Of a DNA stretch of 64,000 nucleotides, positions 29,584-39,117 are shown piece by piece. The DNA is from Candidatus Latescibacterota bacterium (GTDB taxonomy: Bacteria > Latescibacterota > UBA2968 > UBA8231), in assembly GCA_964291625.2 (NCBI GenBank), contig OZ220089.1, positions 1,696,001 to 1,760,000 on the forward strand, in the 5' to 3' direction. The position numbers were made by a program, and so were the translations under genes. Below the pieces are notes generated by a model. It worked only from the letters and a program-made list of their open reading frames with translations, made no database searches and was not told where the DNA came from. Each line of letters begins with the position of its first letter. Position 1 is the stretch's first letter.

Positions 29584-29692
29584 GTTACGAAGGGGTGTAA
29601 GGGTGGGGGTGTAAGCGTGACGGGCCGGCCGCGAACGTGTTACGATGCCGCGCCGGCACGGAATCGTAACCCGAAGGTGACTGTCGCGTGAC
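29584..29692. promoter_or_regulatory. Bidirectional Pho-box-like arrays
   Basis: Plus strand GGCAC 29655, GTAAC 29666, GTGAC 29677, GTGAC 29688 (exact 11-bp period); minus strand GTAAC/GTCAC/GTAAC at 29643, 29621 and 29588 (multiples of 11). Confidence 0.6.
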
Positions 29693-29751
29693 GCGGAGCC
29701 CTAGCTTTCGTTGCGGCCGCAGCGCAGATCAACGACCACAGGAGGAATCCA

Positions 29752-30726
29752 ATGAGCCCCCCGTCGCCGCAGATCCTGGCCCTGTGCCTGCTCGGCGCGG
29801 CCGTTGCCCTCGAGGCCCAGGCCGTGGAGGTGGACAGCCGGATCCCGCCCTACCAGAGGGCGAGGGGCATCTCGGGAAGCGCCAGCAGCATCGGCTCGGA
29901 CACGATGAACAACCTGATGGCCCTGTGGCTGGAGGGCTTTCGCAGACACTATCCCAACGTCCGCATCCAGATCGAGGGCAAGGGCTCGAGCACGGCGCCG
30001 CCGGCCCTGATCGAGGGCACGGCGCAGTTCGGCCCCATGTCGAGAGCGATGAAGTCCACGGAGAAGGACAGGTTCGAGGAGAGGTTCGGCTATCCCCCGA
30101 CGCCGCTGCGGACCTCCCTGGACGCGCTGGCGGTCTTCGTCAACAAGGACAACCCCCTCGAGGGCATGACCCTGCCCCAGGTCGATGCGGTGTTCTCCAA
30201 GACCCGGCGCGGCGGCCACGGCGAGCAGATCGCCCGCTGGGGACAGCTCGGGCTGGGCGGCGAGTGGGCCACGGCCCGGATCAGCCTCTACGGGCGCAAC
30301 TCGGCCTCCGGCACCTACGGCTTCTTCAAGAGCGTCGCCCTGTTCAAGGGCGACTACCGGGACGAGGTCAAGGAGCAGCCCGGCTCCGCCTCCGTCGTCC
30401 AGGGCGTCACCGAGGACCGCTACGGCGTCGGCTACAGCGGCATCGGCTACCGGACCTCCGGCGTGCGCGTCGTGCCCCTGGCCGAGGCCGGGGAGATGCC
30501 CTTCGTGAGCGCTTCCCTGGCCAACGTCCTCGACGGCTCCTACCCGCTGGGCCGCTTCCTCTATCTCTACGTCAACAAGACCCCCGGCGAGCCCATGGAT
30601 CCCCTGGTGCGGGAGTTCGCCCGCTTCGTGTTCTCCAGGGAGGGCCAGGAGATCGTCATCAAGGACGGGTACATGCCCGTGCCCTTCGAGGTCGTCGTCG
30701 AAGAGCTGGCGATGTTGGGGGAGTGA
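29752..30726 (+). CDS. pstS: Phosphate ABC transporter substrate-binding protein
   Basis: GSDTM, GKGSST, MSR, GRNSASGTYGFF, GYSGIGY, YPLGRFLYLY. Confidence 0.95.
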   Translation: MSPPSPQILALCLLGAAVALEAQAVEVDSRIPPYQRARGISGSASSIGSDTMNNLMALWLEGFRRHYPNVRIQIEGKGSSTAPPALIEGTAQFGPMSRAMKSTEKDRFEERFGYPPTPLRTSLDALAVFVNKDNPLEGMTLPQVDAVFSKTRRGGHGEQIARWGQLGLGGEWATARISLYGRNSASGTYGFFKSVALFKGDYRDEVKEQPGSASVVQGVTEDRYGVGYSGIGYRTSGVRVVPLAEAGEMPFVSASLANVLDGSYPLGRFLYLYVNKTPGEPMDPLVREFARFVFSREGQEIVIKDGYMPVPFEVVVEELAMLGE

Positions 30727-30738
30727 CCCCCGGCCGGG

Positions 30739-32934
30739 ATGGTTCGCCCGACGAAGCACGAGAGACTGAACCGGCGGGTCCGGTTCTACGACCGGCTCGG
30801 GCGGCTGGTGATCGCGGCGGGCGGCATCGGCATCGTCGCCGCCGTCCTCGGCATCTTCGTGTTCATCGGCCGCGAGACGGCGCCGCTCTTCCGGCCCGCC
30901 CGGGTGCAGCCGGGGGCCGGGGAGCTGGCCCCGCCGGGCGGGGGCGTGCTGCTGGCCGCGGTCGATCCGTACCGCGAGGTCCTGCTCGCGGTGGACGGGA
31001 ACGGCCTCCGGTTCGCCGACATCGCCGCCTCCGCCCCTCTCGCCGTGGAGACGCCAACACTCGGCGGCGCCGCGGTCACCGCCGCCGACCGCGCCCCGGA
31101 CGGCCGCGTCGCCCTCGGCCTGAGCGACGGCCGCATCCAGGCGGTGCGCGTCGTCTTCGAACCGACCTACCGCGACGGCCGCCGCATCGTGCGGCCCCGC
31201 GTGCACCTGGAGGAGGAGGCCCGGCTGCTCGCCGGGGCCCCCTCCTCGGTGGTCTACCGCCACGACGGCGGCCGGCGCTCGGCGATGGCCGCCGTCGGCG
31301 ATTCCGGACGGCTGGTCGTCCGTACCGCCCGGTGGCGGACCACCCCGATGGGCGCCGCTCGAGCGCGGGCCTCCACCCACGACCTGGCGCTGACGGAAGC
31401 GGTCACCGCGGTCGCCCTCGACGGCCCGGCCCGCCAGCTGGCGGTGGGCACCGCCGGCGGCCGCGTGCAGGTGTGGCGCCTCGCCGAGGGAGGGCCCCCC
31501 CGGCTCGAGGAGGCCTTCGAGGCCGGCGCGGCGGTCACCGCCCTGGCCTACCTCCTCGGCGACCTCTCCCTCGTGGTGGGCGACGCCGGCGGCGGCGTCC
31601 ACACCTGGTTCCGGGTCGGCGCCGGGGGGGATCGCCGGTTCCGGCGCATCCACGAGCTGGCCCGCCACGGGGCCGCGGTCCTCGCCGTGGCCCCGTCGCA
31701 GCGGGACAAGCAGTTCCTCACCGCCGACGGGTCCGGCGCCGTCGCCCTGCACCATGCCACCACCGAGCAGACCTTCTGGCGGCAGGACCTGGGCCGGGTC
31801 CCTGTCCGCCAGCTGACCTTCGCGCCCAAGGCGGACGGGTTCCTGGCCGTCCTCGGGGACGGCCGGATCCTCGACTACGACACGGACAATCCCCACCCCG
31901 AGGTCACCTGGGGATCGCTCTTCGGGCGCGTCTGGTACGAGGGCTACGACGCGGCCCGGCACGTCTGGCAGTCGACGGGGGGAACCGACGAGTTCGAGCC
32001 GAAGCTGAGCCTGGTGCCCCTGATCTTCGGCACCGCCAAGGGCACGCTCTACGCCATGCTCTTCGCCCTGCCCCTGGCGGTGCTGGCGGCGATCTACACC
32101 GCCGAGTTCGCCACGCCGGCGGTGCGCAACACCGTCAAGCCCACGGTGGAGATCATGGCCTCGCTGCCGAGCGTGATCCTGGGGTTCCTCGCCGGCCTGT
32201 GGCTGGCGCCCCGGCTCGAGCACCACGTCGTCGGCACCGCCCTGGCCCTCCTCTGCGTGCCGCTCCTCGTCGTGGCCGGCGCCTGGGGGTGGCGCCGGCT
32301 GCCGCGCAGGGTCCGCGTCCACCTGCCTTCGAAGGCCGAGCTGATCGCCCTGCTGCTGCTGACCGCCGGCGGCGCCGCCCTGGCCCTGTGGCTCGGCCCC
32401 GCCCTCGAGCGAGCCCTCTTCGAGGGCGGCCTGGCGCGCTGGCTGTCGGCCGCGACCGATCTGCGCTACGACCAGCGCAACTGCCTGGTCATCGGCTTCG
32501 CCATGGGGTTCGCCGTGATCCCCCTGATCTTCAGCATCTGCGAGGACGCCCTGGCGAGCGTGCCGGCGAGCCTCAGGGCCGGTTCCCTGGCCCTCGGCGC
32601 CACCCGCTGGCAGACGGCGACCCGGGTGGTCCTGCCCATGGCCCTGCCCGGCGTGTTCTCGGCGGCGATGATCGGTTTCGGCCGCGCCGTGGGCGAGACC
32701 ATGATCGTGCTCATGGCCACGGGCAACACGCCGGTCATGGAGTGGAGCATCTTCACCGGCATGCGCACGATCTCGGCGAACATCGCCGTGGAGCTGCCGG
32801 AGGCGCCCCACCAGGACACGCTCTACCGCGTGCTCTTCCTCAGCGGCCTGCTGCTGTTCCTCGTGACCTTCGCGGTCAACACCGCGGCCGAGGAGATCCG
32901 CCTGCGGCTGCGCGAGAAGTACCGACGGGTATGA
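30739..32934 (+). CDS. pstC: Phosphate ABC transporter permease with a large beta-propeller-like insertion
   Basis: WQSTGG.DEFEPKLSLVPLIFGT, SLPSVILG, GSLALGATRWQT, GRAVGETM. Confidence 0.92.
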   Translation: MVRPTKHERLNRRVRFYDRLGRLVIAAGGIGIVAAVLGIFVFIGRETAPLFRPARVQPGAGELAPPGGGVLLAAVDPYREVLLAVDGNGLRFADIAASAPLAVETPTLGGAAVTAADRAPDGRVALGLSDGRIQAVRVVFEPTYRDGRRIVRPRVHLEEEARLLAGAPSSVVYRHDGGRRSAMAAVGDSGRLVVRTARWRTTPMGAARARASTHDLALTEAVTAVALDGPARQLAVGTAGGRVQVWRLAEGGPPRLEEAFEAGAAVTALAYLLGDLSLVVGDAGGGVHTWFRVGAGGDRRFRRIHELARHGAAVLAVAPSQRDKQFLTADGSGAVALHHATTEQTFWRQDLGRVPVRQLTFAPKADGFLAVLGDGRILDYDTDNPHPEVTWGSLFGRVWYEGYDAARHVWQSTGGTDEFEPKLSLVPLIFGTAKGTLYAMLFALPLAVLAAIYTAEFATPAVRNTVKPTVEIMASLPSVILGFLAGLWLAPRLEHHVVGTALALLCVPLLVVAGAWGWRRLPRRVRVHLPSKAELIALLLLTAGGAALALWLGPALERALFEGGLARWLSAATDLRYDQRNCLVIGFAMGFAVIPLIFSICEDALASVPASLRAGSLALGATRWQTATRVVLPMALPGVFSAAMIGFGRAVGETMIVLMATGNTPVMEWSIFTGMRTISANIAVELPEAPHQDTLYRVLFLSGLLLFLVTFAVNTAAEEIRLRLREKYRRV

Positions 32935-34529
32935 GAGGCTTCTTCCGGTCGGGCGATCCCTTCATCTGGCTGGCGGGCAGCGCCCTGGCCCTGTGCCTGG
33001 TGATGATCGGCGGGCTGGTGCTGGTGGTGATCGTCAACGGTCTGGGGTTCTTCTGGCCGAGCGATCTGGACCGTCTCGAGCTGGCCGACGGCCAGGTCCT
33101 CCTGGCCCGGACCATCGACCGCCAGGAGATCCCCGGCCGGCCGGGGGCCTTCCGGGTGCAGGCCAAGGTCGGCAACCGCGACCTCTACGGCCTCGACTTC
33201 CGCTGGATCGACGAGGCGGCCATCGCCCGACGGGAGCGGCCGGCCGCGGCGGCCGTCTTCGAGCGCCTGGAGTGGGGCGACGCCCACGGCTACCTGCGCC
33301 GGGTCGAGAGAGCGGGGGTCACCCTCGGGGAAGGCGGCCGCGCCTGGGAGGCGCTGGACCGGGCGCGGACGGAGACGGCGGCGCTGCGGGAGCGGATCGA
33401 GGCGTTGGAGGCCGGCGAGCTCGGGGCGGTCAACGCCGAGATCGAAGCCCTGCGCCTCGAGCGCCGGCGACTGGAGATGTCGGGAGCCCCGGCCGAGGCC
33501 CTCGCCGAAGTCGACAGGCGCCGCGACCACCTCTGGGAGCGCTACGAAGAGCTGGCCGCGGACCTGGCCGGCCTGCGGGATCGGAGCGAGCGCTACGTGG
33601 CCTTTCTCCAGATCGACGGCGGCGCCGAGCGCCCCCTCAAGGTGGCCCACGTGGTGCGCGCCTATCGTCCCAACGACATGGGCCTGGCCTCGAAGACCGG
33701 TCTCTACGCCGAGAAGGTCTGGGAGTTCCTCGCCGGCGAGCCCCGCGAGTCGAACACCGAAGGGGGGATCTTCCCGGCCCTCTTCGGCACGGTGATGATG
33801 GTCCTGCTCATGACCCTGGCGGTGGTGCCCTTCGGCGTGCTGGCGGCCCTCTACCTTCGCGAGTACGCCCGCCAGGGCCTCCTCGTGCGCGCCGTGCGCA
33901 TCGCCGTGAACAACCTCGCCGGCGTGCCCTCCATCGTCTTCGGCATGTTCGGCCTCGGGTTCTTCGTGTACGGCGTGGGCGGCACCATCGACCTCATCTT
34001 CTATCCGGAGTCGCTGCCGACGCCGACCTTCGGCACCGGCGGCATCCTGTGGGCCTCGCTGACCCTCGCCCTGCTGACCCTCCCCGTGGTGATCGTGGCC
34101 ACGGAGGAAGCCCTGGCCTCGGTGCCCATGGGCCTGCGCGAGGGCTCCCTGGCCCTGGGCTCCACGAAGCTGCAGATGATCTGGCGGGTGGTGCTGCCCA
34201 GCGCCCTGCCCGGGATCCTCACGGGGGTGATCCTGGCCACGGCGCGAGGGGCGGGCGAGGTGGCGCCCCTGATGATCACGGGTGTGGTGAAGCTGGCGCC
34301 GGACCTGCCTCTGGACGGTATCTTCCCGTATCTGCATCTGGAACGGAAGTTCATGCACCTCGGCTTCCACATCTACGACGTCGGTTTCCAGTCGCCCAAC
34401 GTCGAGGCGGCGCGGCCCATGGTCTACACCACCACCTTCCTCCTCCTCGTGGTCGTCCTCATCCTCAACCTCGCGGCGATCGTCGTGCGCAGCAGGCTGC
34501 GGAAGCGATACGCCATGGCCGCGTTCTGA
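32931..34529 (+). CDS. pstA: Phosphate ABC transporter permease
   Basis: ATGA overlap with pstC; [44 protein letters not shown]. Confidence 0.93.
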   Translation: MRGFFRSGDPFIWLAGSALALCLVMIGGLVLVVIVNGLGFFWPSDLDRLELADGQVLLARTIDRQEIPGRPGAFRVQAKVGNRDLYGLDFRWIDEAAIARRERPAAAAVFERLEWGDAHGYLRRVERAGVTLGEGGRAWEALDRARTETAALRERIEALEAGELGAVNAEIEALRLERRRLEMSGAPAEALAEVDRRRDHLWERYEELAADLAGLRDRSERYVAFLQIDGGAERPLKVAHVVRAYRPNDMGLASKTGLYAEKVWEFLAGEPRESNTEGGIFPALFGTVMMVLLMTLAVVPFGVLAALYLREYARQGLLVRAVRIAVNNLAGVPSIVFGMFGLGFFVYGVGGTIDLIFYPESLPTPTFGTGGILWASLTLALLTLPVVIVATEEALASVPMGLREGSLALGSTKLQMIWRVVLPSALPGILTGVILATARGAGEVAPLMITGVVKLAPDLPLDGIFPYLHLERKFMHLGFHIYDVGFQSPNVEAARPMVYTTTFLLLVVVLILNLAAIVVRSRLRKRYAMAAF

Positions 34530-34536
34530 GGGCGGG

Positions 34537-35337
34537 ATGCCGCGGATTCCCGAGATCCCGGAGACGGCGACGGTGGCGATCGACAGCCCCGTGGTCACGG
34601 TGCGCGACCTGAGCCTGCACTACGGTTCGACCCAGGCCCTGTTCGACGTCGGCCTCGACGTGCCCGAGAGACAGGTGACCGCCCTGATCGGCCCGTCGGG
34701 GTGCGGCAAGTCGACCCTCCTGCGCTGTCTCAACCGGCTGAACGACCTGATCGACGGGGTCACCATCTCCGGCCGGGTGACGCTGCAGGGCGACGACATC
34801 TACCACCCCGCCTACGACGTGATCGAGCTCAGACGCCGGGTGGGGATGGTCTTCCAGAAGTCGAACCCCTTCCCCAAGTCGATCTACGAGAACGTCGCCT
34901 ACGGCCTGCGCATCGCCGGCGAGACCGACCGCCGCGTCCTGGACGAGGCGGTGGAGAGCGGCCTCCGTTCCGCGGCCCTGTGGGACGAGGTGAAGGACCG
35001 CCTGCAGGAGAGCGCCATCGACCTCTCCGGCGGCCAGCAGCAGCGCCTGTGCATCGCCCGGGCCCTGGCCGTCTCCCCTTCGGTGGTGCTCATGGACGAG
35101 CCCTGCTCGGCCCTGGATCCGACCGCCACCTCGAGGGTGGAGGAGACGATCGCCGAGCTGAAGGAGCGCTACACCATCGTCATCGTCACCCACAACATGC
35201 AGCAGGCCTCCCGGGTCTCCGACTACACGGCCTTCTTCTACCTCGGCCGGCTCGTGGAGATGGATCACACCGAGCGCGTCTTCACCAACCCCAGACTGCG
35301 CCAGACCGAGGACTACGTCTCCGGGCGCTTCGGCTGA
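34537..35337 (+). CDS. pstB: Phosphate ABC transporter ATPase
   Basis: [54 protein letters not shown]. Confidence 0.97.
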   Translation: MPRIPEIPETATVAIDSPVVTVRDLSLHYGSTQALFDVGLDVPERQVTALIGPSGCGKSTLLRCLNRLNDLIDGVTISGRVTLQGDDIYHPAYDVIELRRRVGMVFQKSNPFPKSIYENVAYGLRIAGETDRRVLDEAVESGLRSAALWDEVKDRLQESAIDLSGGQQQRLCIARALAVSPSVVLMDEPCSALDPTATSRVEETIAELKERYTIVIVTHNMQQASRVSDYTAFFYLGRLVEMDHTERVFTNPRLRQTEDYVSGRFG

Positions 35338-35348
35338 TCGAGGTGAAC

Positions 35349-36014
35349 ATGGAACGGCAGCTTGACCACCAGCTCGACGAGCTCCGCGGCGAGTTCCTCC
35401 GCATGGGCGCCGCCGTGGAGGAGTCGATCGCGCAATCGATCCTCGCCCTCACGGAGCGCAGCGACGACGTCGCCCGCGAGGCGATCGCCAGCAACGACCG
35501 GATCGACGCCTGGGAGGTGGAGATCGAGGAGAAGCTCCTCGCCCTGCTGGCCACCCACCAGCCGGTGGCCAGCGATCTGAGGCTGGTGGCGACGATGATG
35601 AAGATCAACTACGACCTGGAGCGGATGAACGACCAGGCGGTGAACATCGCCGAGCGGGCCCTGGAGCTGAACCAGGTTCCCCTGCTCAAGCCCCTGATCG
35701 ACATCCCCCGCATGGCCGACATCGCCCAGGGCATGGTGAAGGACGCCCTCGACGCCTTCGTCAAGCTCGACGCGGAGCTGGCCCGGCAGGTCTGCCGGCG
35801 CGACGACGAGCTCGACCTGCTGCGGGACCAGGTCTTCCGCGAGCTGCTGACCTACATGCGCGGAGGCCAGCCGGACACGGTGGACCGGGCCATCCACCTG
35901 ATCCTCGTGTCGCGGCACCTCGAGCGCATCGGCGACCACAGCTCCAACATCTCGGAGAACACGGTCTTCCTGGCCGAGGGACGGATCATCCGTCACCAGA
36001 AGGACACCCTTTGA
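35349..36014 (+). CDS. phoU: Phosphate signalling protein PhoU
   Basis: MERQLDHQL..., QPVASDLR, DLERMND, LERIGDH. Confidence 0.95.
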   Translation: MERQLDHQLDELRGEFLRMGAAVEESIAQSILALTERSDDVAREAIASNDRIDAWEVEIEEKLLALLATHQPVASDLRLVATMMKINYDLERMNDQAVNIAERALELNQVPLLKPLIDIPRMADIAQGMVKDALDAFVKLDAELARQVCRRDDELDLLRDQVFRELLTYMRGGQPDTVDRAIHLILVSRHLERIGDHSSNISENTVFLAEGRIIRHQKDTL

Positions 36015-36032
36015 CACGGGAGGGCATGGAGA

Positions 36033-36734
36033 GTGACTGAACGGATCCTCGTCGTGGAGGACGAGCCCGACATCGTCGAGGTCGTCTCCTACAACCTGCG
36101 GCAGGAGGGCATGGCGGTGGAGGCCGCCGAGGACGGGGAGGCCGCCCTCGAGATGGCGGAGCGAAGCCAGCCGCACCTGATCATCCTCGACCTGATGCTG
36201 CCCGGAATGGACGGCCTCGAGGTCTGCCGGCTGCTGAAGCAGCGGGTCTCGGTGCGCGGCATCCCCGTCCTCATGCTGACCTCGAAGGCGGAGGAAGTGG
36301 ACCGCATCGTCGGCCTCGAGCTGGGGGCCGACGACTATGTCGTGAAGCCCTTCTCGCCCCGGGAGCTCGTCCTGCGGGTGAAGGCGATCCTGAGACGCTC
36401 CCGGGGGGCGGCGGCGGAGGCGGCGGGCTCGGAGGACCGCATCACCGCCGGGCCGCTGACCGTCGATCCCGAGGGCCATCACGCCTTCGTCGAGGGCCGG
36501 CCCCTGAGTCTGACCGCCACCGAGTTCAAGCTGCTCTCGATCCTTCTTCAGCGGCGCGGCCGCGTACAGAGCCGCCAGGAGCTGCTGAACGTGGTGTGGG
36601 GGTACCAGTACTCGGGATACGGCCGCACCGTGGACACCCACATCCGCAGGCTTCGCGAGAAGCTCGGCGACGCCCATGTCCTGGTGGAGACCGTTCGAGG
36701 CGTGGGCTACCGGTTCCGCCGGGACCTGGGCTGA
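36033..36734 (+). CDS. phoB: OmpR/PhoB-family response regulator
   Basis: VVEDE, LDLMLP, GLELGADDY..KPF, RTVDTHIRRLREKL, TVRGVGY; pst context. Confidence 0.88.
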   Translation: MTERILVVEDEPDIVEVVSYNLRQEGMAVEAAEDGEAALEMAERSQPHLIILDLMLPGMDGLEVCRLLKQRVSVRGIPVLMLTSKAEEVDRIVGLELGADDYVVKPFSPRELVLRVKAILRRSRGAAAEAAGSEDRITAGPLTVDPEGHHAFVEGRPLSLTATEFKLLSILLQRRGRVQSRQELLNVVWGYQYSGYGRTVDTHIRRLREKLGDAHVLVETVRGVGYRFRRDLG

Positions 36735-36758
36735 CCCCTGCCGCCGGGAGCGCGGAAC

Positions 36759-38225
36759 GTGGGTGTGCGACTGCACTGGCACCTGGCCATGGGCGGCGCC
36801 GTCCTGGCCGTGGGCGTGCTCCTCCTCTGCCACCTCTACGCCGGGCCGGCCGGCCGCAACCGGCTCACCGATCCCCTCTTCATCCTCTGCATCGTCGCCG
36901 CCGGCGGGGGCGGCGGCCTGGCCATGGGCGTCGTCCTGGCGCGCCCCCTGCGCCGCTTGGCGGCCGCCGTGCGGACCATGGCCGACGGCGGCCCGGACGC
37001 CTGGACGACCCCCCGGCTGCCATCGACGGAGCTGTTGGAGCTGCAGCGGGCCGTCGGCGAGCTCAACGCCCGGCAGGGACGGGACACCTCGGAGTTGCGC
37101 GGCGAGATCGAACGGCTCGAGGTCATCCTCGACAGCATCACCGAGGGCATCCTGGTCACCGACGGCGACGGCCGCGTGCTCATGGCGAACCGCGCCCTGC
37201 GCAACCTCTACGGCCTGACCCGGCCCCTCCTGGGCCGCAGGATGGTCGAGGCGGTGCGCAACGCCGACGTCAGCGACGCCGTCGAAGGCGCCCTCGCCGG
37301 CCGCGGCCCCACCTCCTGCGAGATCGCCGAGGGCACGGGGCCGCCCCGCTACCTCGAGGTCCACACGGCGCCGATCCCCGGACCGGAGGGGGTCTCCGGC
37401 ACGGTGACCGTGTTCTACGAGATCACCCACCTGCGCCGCCTGGAGCGCATGCGCCAGGACTTCGTGGCCAACGTCTCCCACGAGCTGCGCACGCCGCTGA
37501 CCTCGATCAAGGGCTGCGCCGAGACCCTGGCCGAGGGCGCCCTGCGCGACCCCGGGGCGGCGCAGCGCTTCGTCGCCGTCATCAACAGCAACGCCGACCG
37601 CCTGACGACCCTGCTGAACGATCTCCTCGACCTGGCCCGCCTCGAGTCCGAGGAGACGACGCCGGAGCCGGCCGAGGTCGAGATGGAGCGGCTGATCGAG
37701 GCGACCCGGGACGCGGTCTCGGAGGCCGCCGCCCACAAGGAGATCCGCATCGAGTCGGCGGTGCCGGCCGGCCTGGCGGCGCGCTGCGACCGCCGGCTCA
37801 TCGAGCAGGCCCTCATCAACCTCGTGGACAACGCCGTCAAGTACACCTCCGAGGGCGACACCGTGCGCATATCCGCCCGCCGGCTCCCCCGGGCGCGGGC
37901 GGGGGCCGAGCTCGACGGCCGCGGCTGGAGCAGCCCGGCCGCGAACCGGACGGACGGCGAGGCCAACCTCGATGCCGTGGTGGTCGAGGTGGCGGACACG
38001 GGCATCGGCATCCCCTCGGACCAGGTGGAGCGCGTCTTCGAGCGGTTCTACCGGGTGGACAAGGGGCGCTCCCGCGTCCTCGGCGGCACCGGTCTCGGCC
38101 TGTCGATCGTGCGCCACGCCCTCGAGCTCCACGGCGAGCGCGTCTTCGTCGACACCGAGCTGGGCCGCGGATCGACCTTCGGGTTCACCTTGACGGCCGC
38201 CCCGGACCCGCCGCCAGGCCGGTAG
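36759..38225 (+). CDS. phoR: PhoR-like sensor histidine kinase (TM-HAMP-PAS-HisKA-HATPase)
   Basis: FVANVSHELRTPLTSI, NLVDNAVKY, DTGIGI, FERFYRVDKGRSR..GGTGLGL. Confidence 0.88.
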   Translation: MGVRLHWHLAMGGAVLAVGVLLLCHLYAGPAGRNRLTDPLFILCIVAAGGGGGLAMGVVLARPLRRLAAAVRTMADGGPDAWTTPRLPSTELLELQRAVGELNARQGRDTSELRGEIERLEVILDSITEGILVTDGDGRVLMANRALRNLYGLTRPLLGRRMVEAVRNADVSDAVEGALAGRGPTSCEIAEGTGPPRYLEVHTAPIPGPEGVSGTVTVFYEITHLRRLERMRQDFVANVSHELRTPLTSIKGCAETLAEGALRDPGAAQRFVAVINSNADRLTTLLNDLLDLARLESEETTPEPAEVEMERLIEATRDAVSEAAAHKEIRIESAVPAGLAARCDRRLIEQALINLVDNAVKYTSEGDTVRISARRLPRARAGAELDGRGWSSPAANRTDGEANLDAVVVEVADTGIGIPSDQVERVFERFYRVDKGRSRVLGGTGLGLSIVRHALELHGERVFVDTELGRGSTFGFTLTAAPDPPPGR

Positions 38226-38298
38226 ACGGGCCGTTTCCGCTCTCCTATCTTCTCCGCCTTCGTTCCACCGAGCCCCTCCCCCGCTCCGAGCCCCTGCC

Positions 38299-39102
38299 TT
38301 GTCCTCGACCTTCGCCGTCGTCCTGCCCTACTACAACGAGCAGGAGTTCCTGCCCCGCACCCTGAGGTCGTGGCTGGGCCAGAGCCGCCGCCCCGATCAG
38401 CTGATCCTCGTCGACAACGGATCGACCGACCGATCGGCCGAGATCTGCCGCCGGGTGGTCGGTCTCCCCGACGACATGGAGGTCGTCTACGCGAGGGAGG
38501 ACCGGGCCGGGAAGACCAACGCCCTCGAGACCGGCTGCGCCCGAGTCACCTCCGACTTCGCCGTCCTCTCCGACGCCGACACCTGGTACCCGCCCCACTA
38601 CATCGAGACTTGCGCCCGCCTGGCCGCCGAAGCCGCGCCCGGCGTGGTCTGCCTCATGGCCCTGCCCGCCAACGGCGACCCCCGCGGCGCCTCGTCGCGG
38701 GTCCGGCGCGGCGTCCGCGTGGCCCTGTCCCGGGTCTTCAGCCGCCAGGGCTTCGTCGGCGGCTACGGCCAGGTGATGCGCGCCGAAGCGCTGCGCAGGG
38801 CCGGCGGCTTCTCCACCCGCCACTGGAACTACGTCCTCCTCGACCACGAGATCCTGAACCGCATCTTCCGCTACGGCCACAGCCTCTATCACATGGACCT
38901 CTGGTGCGTCCCCTCCCTCCGGCGGAGCGATCGCCGGCGGGTGCGCTGGAACCTCTTCGAACGCTGCCTCTACCACCTGACCCCCTACCGCCTGCAGGAC
39001 TGGTACTTCTACGGCTTCCTCGGCCCCCGGTTCGAACGCCGGAACCTGAGCCAGCTCAACCTCCGCGAACAGCCCTGGCAGACATCCGGCGCCCCCCTGT
39101 AG
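38299..39102 (+). CDS. GT2-family glycosyltransferase
   Basis: VVLPYYNE, VDNGSTD, GK.NAL, DAD. Confidence 0.88.
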   Translation: MSSTFAVVLPYYNEQEFLPRTLRSWLGQSRRPDQLILVDNGSTDRSAEICRRVVGLPDDMEVVYAREDRAGKTNALETGCARVTSDFAVLSDADTWYPPHYIETCARLAAEAAPGVVCLMALPANGDPRGASSRVRRGVRVALSRVFSRQGFVGGYGQVMRAEALRRAGGFSTRHWNYVLLDHEILNRIFRYGHSLYHMDLWCVPSLRRSDRRRVRWNLFERCLYHLTPYRLQDWYFYGFLGPRFERRNLSQLNLREQPWQTSGAPL

Positions 39103-39117
39103 GCTGGCCGCCCTGAC

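Noticed and set aside
29688-34529. 1613-aa ORF as a giant PstA fusion (likewise 59030-63508 and 19325-22639)
   Set aside because: The N-terminal parts are Arg/Pro/Gly-rich off-frame read-through of upstream genes; the real starts are internal and overlap upstream stops.
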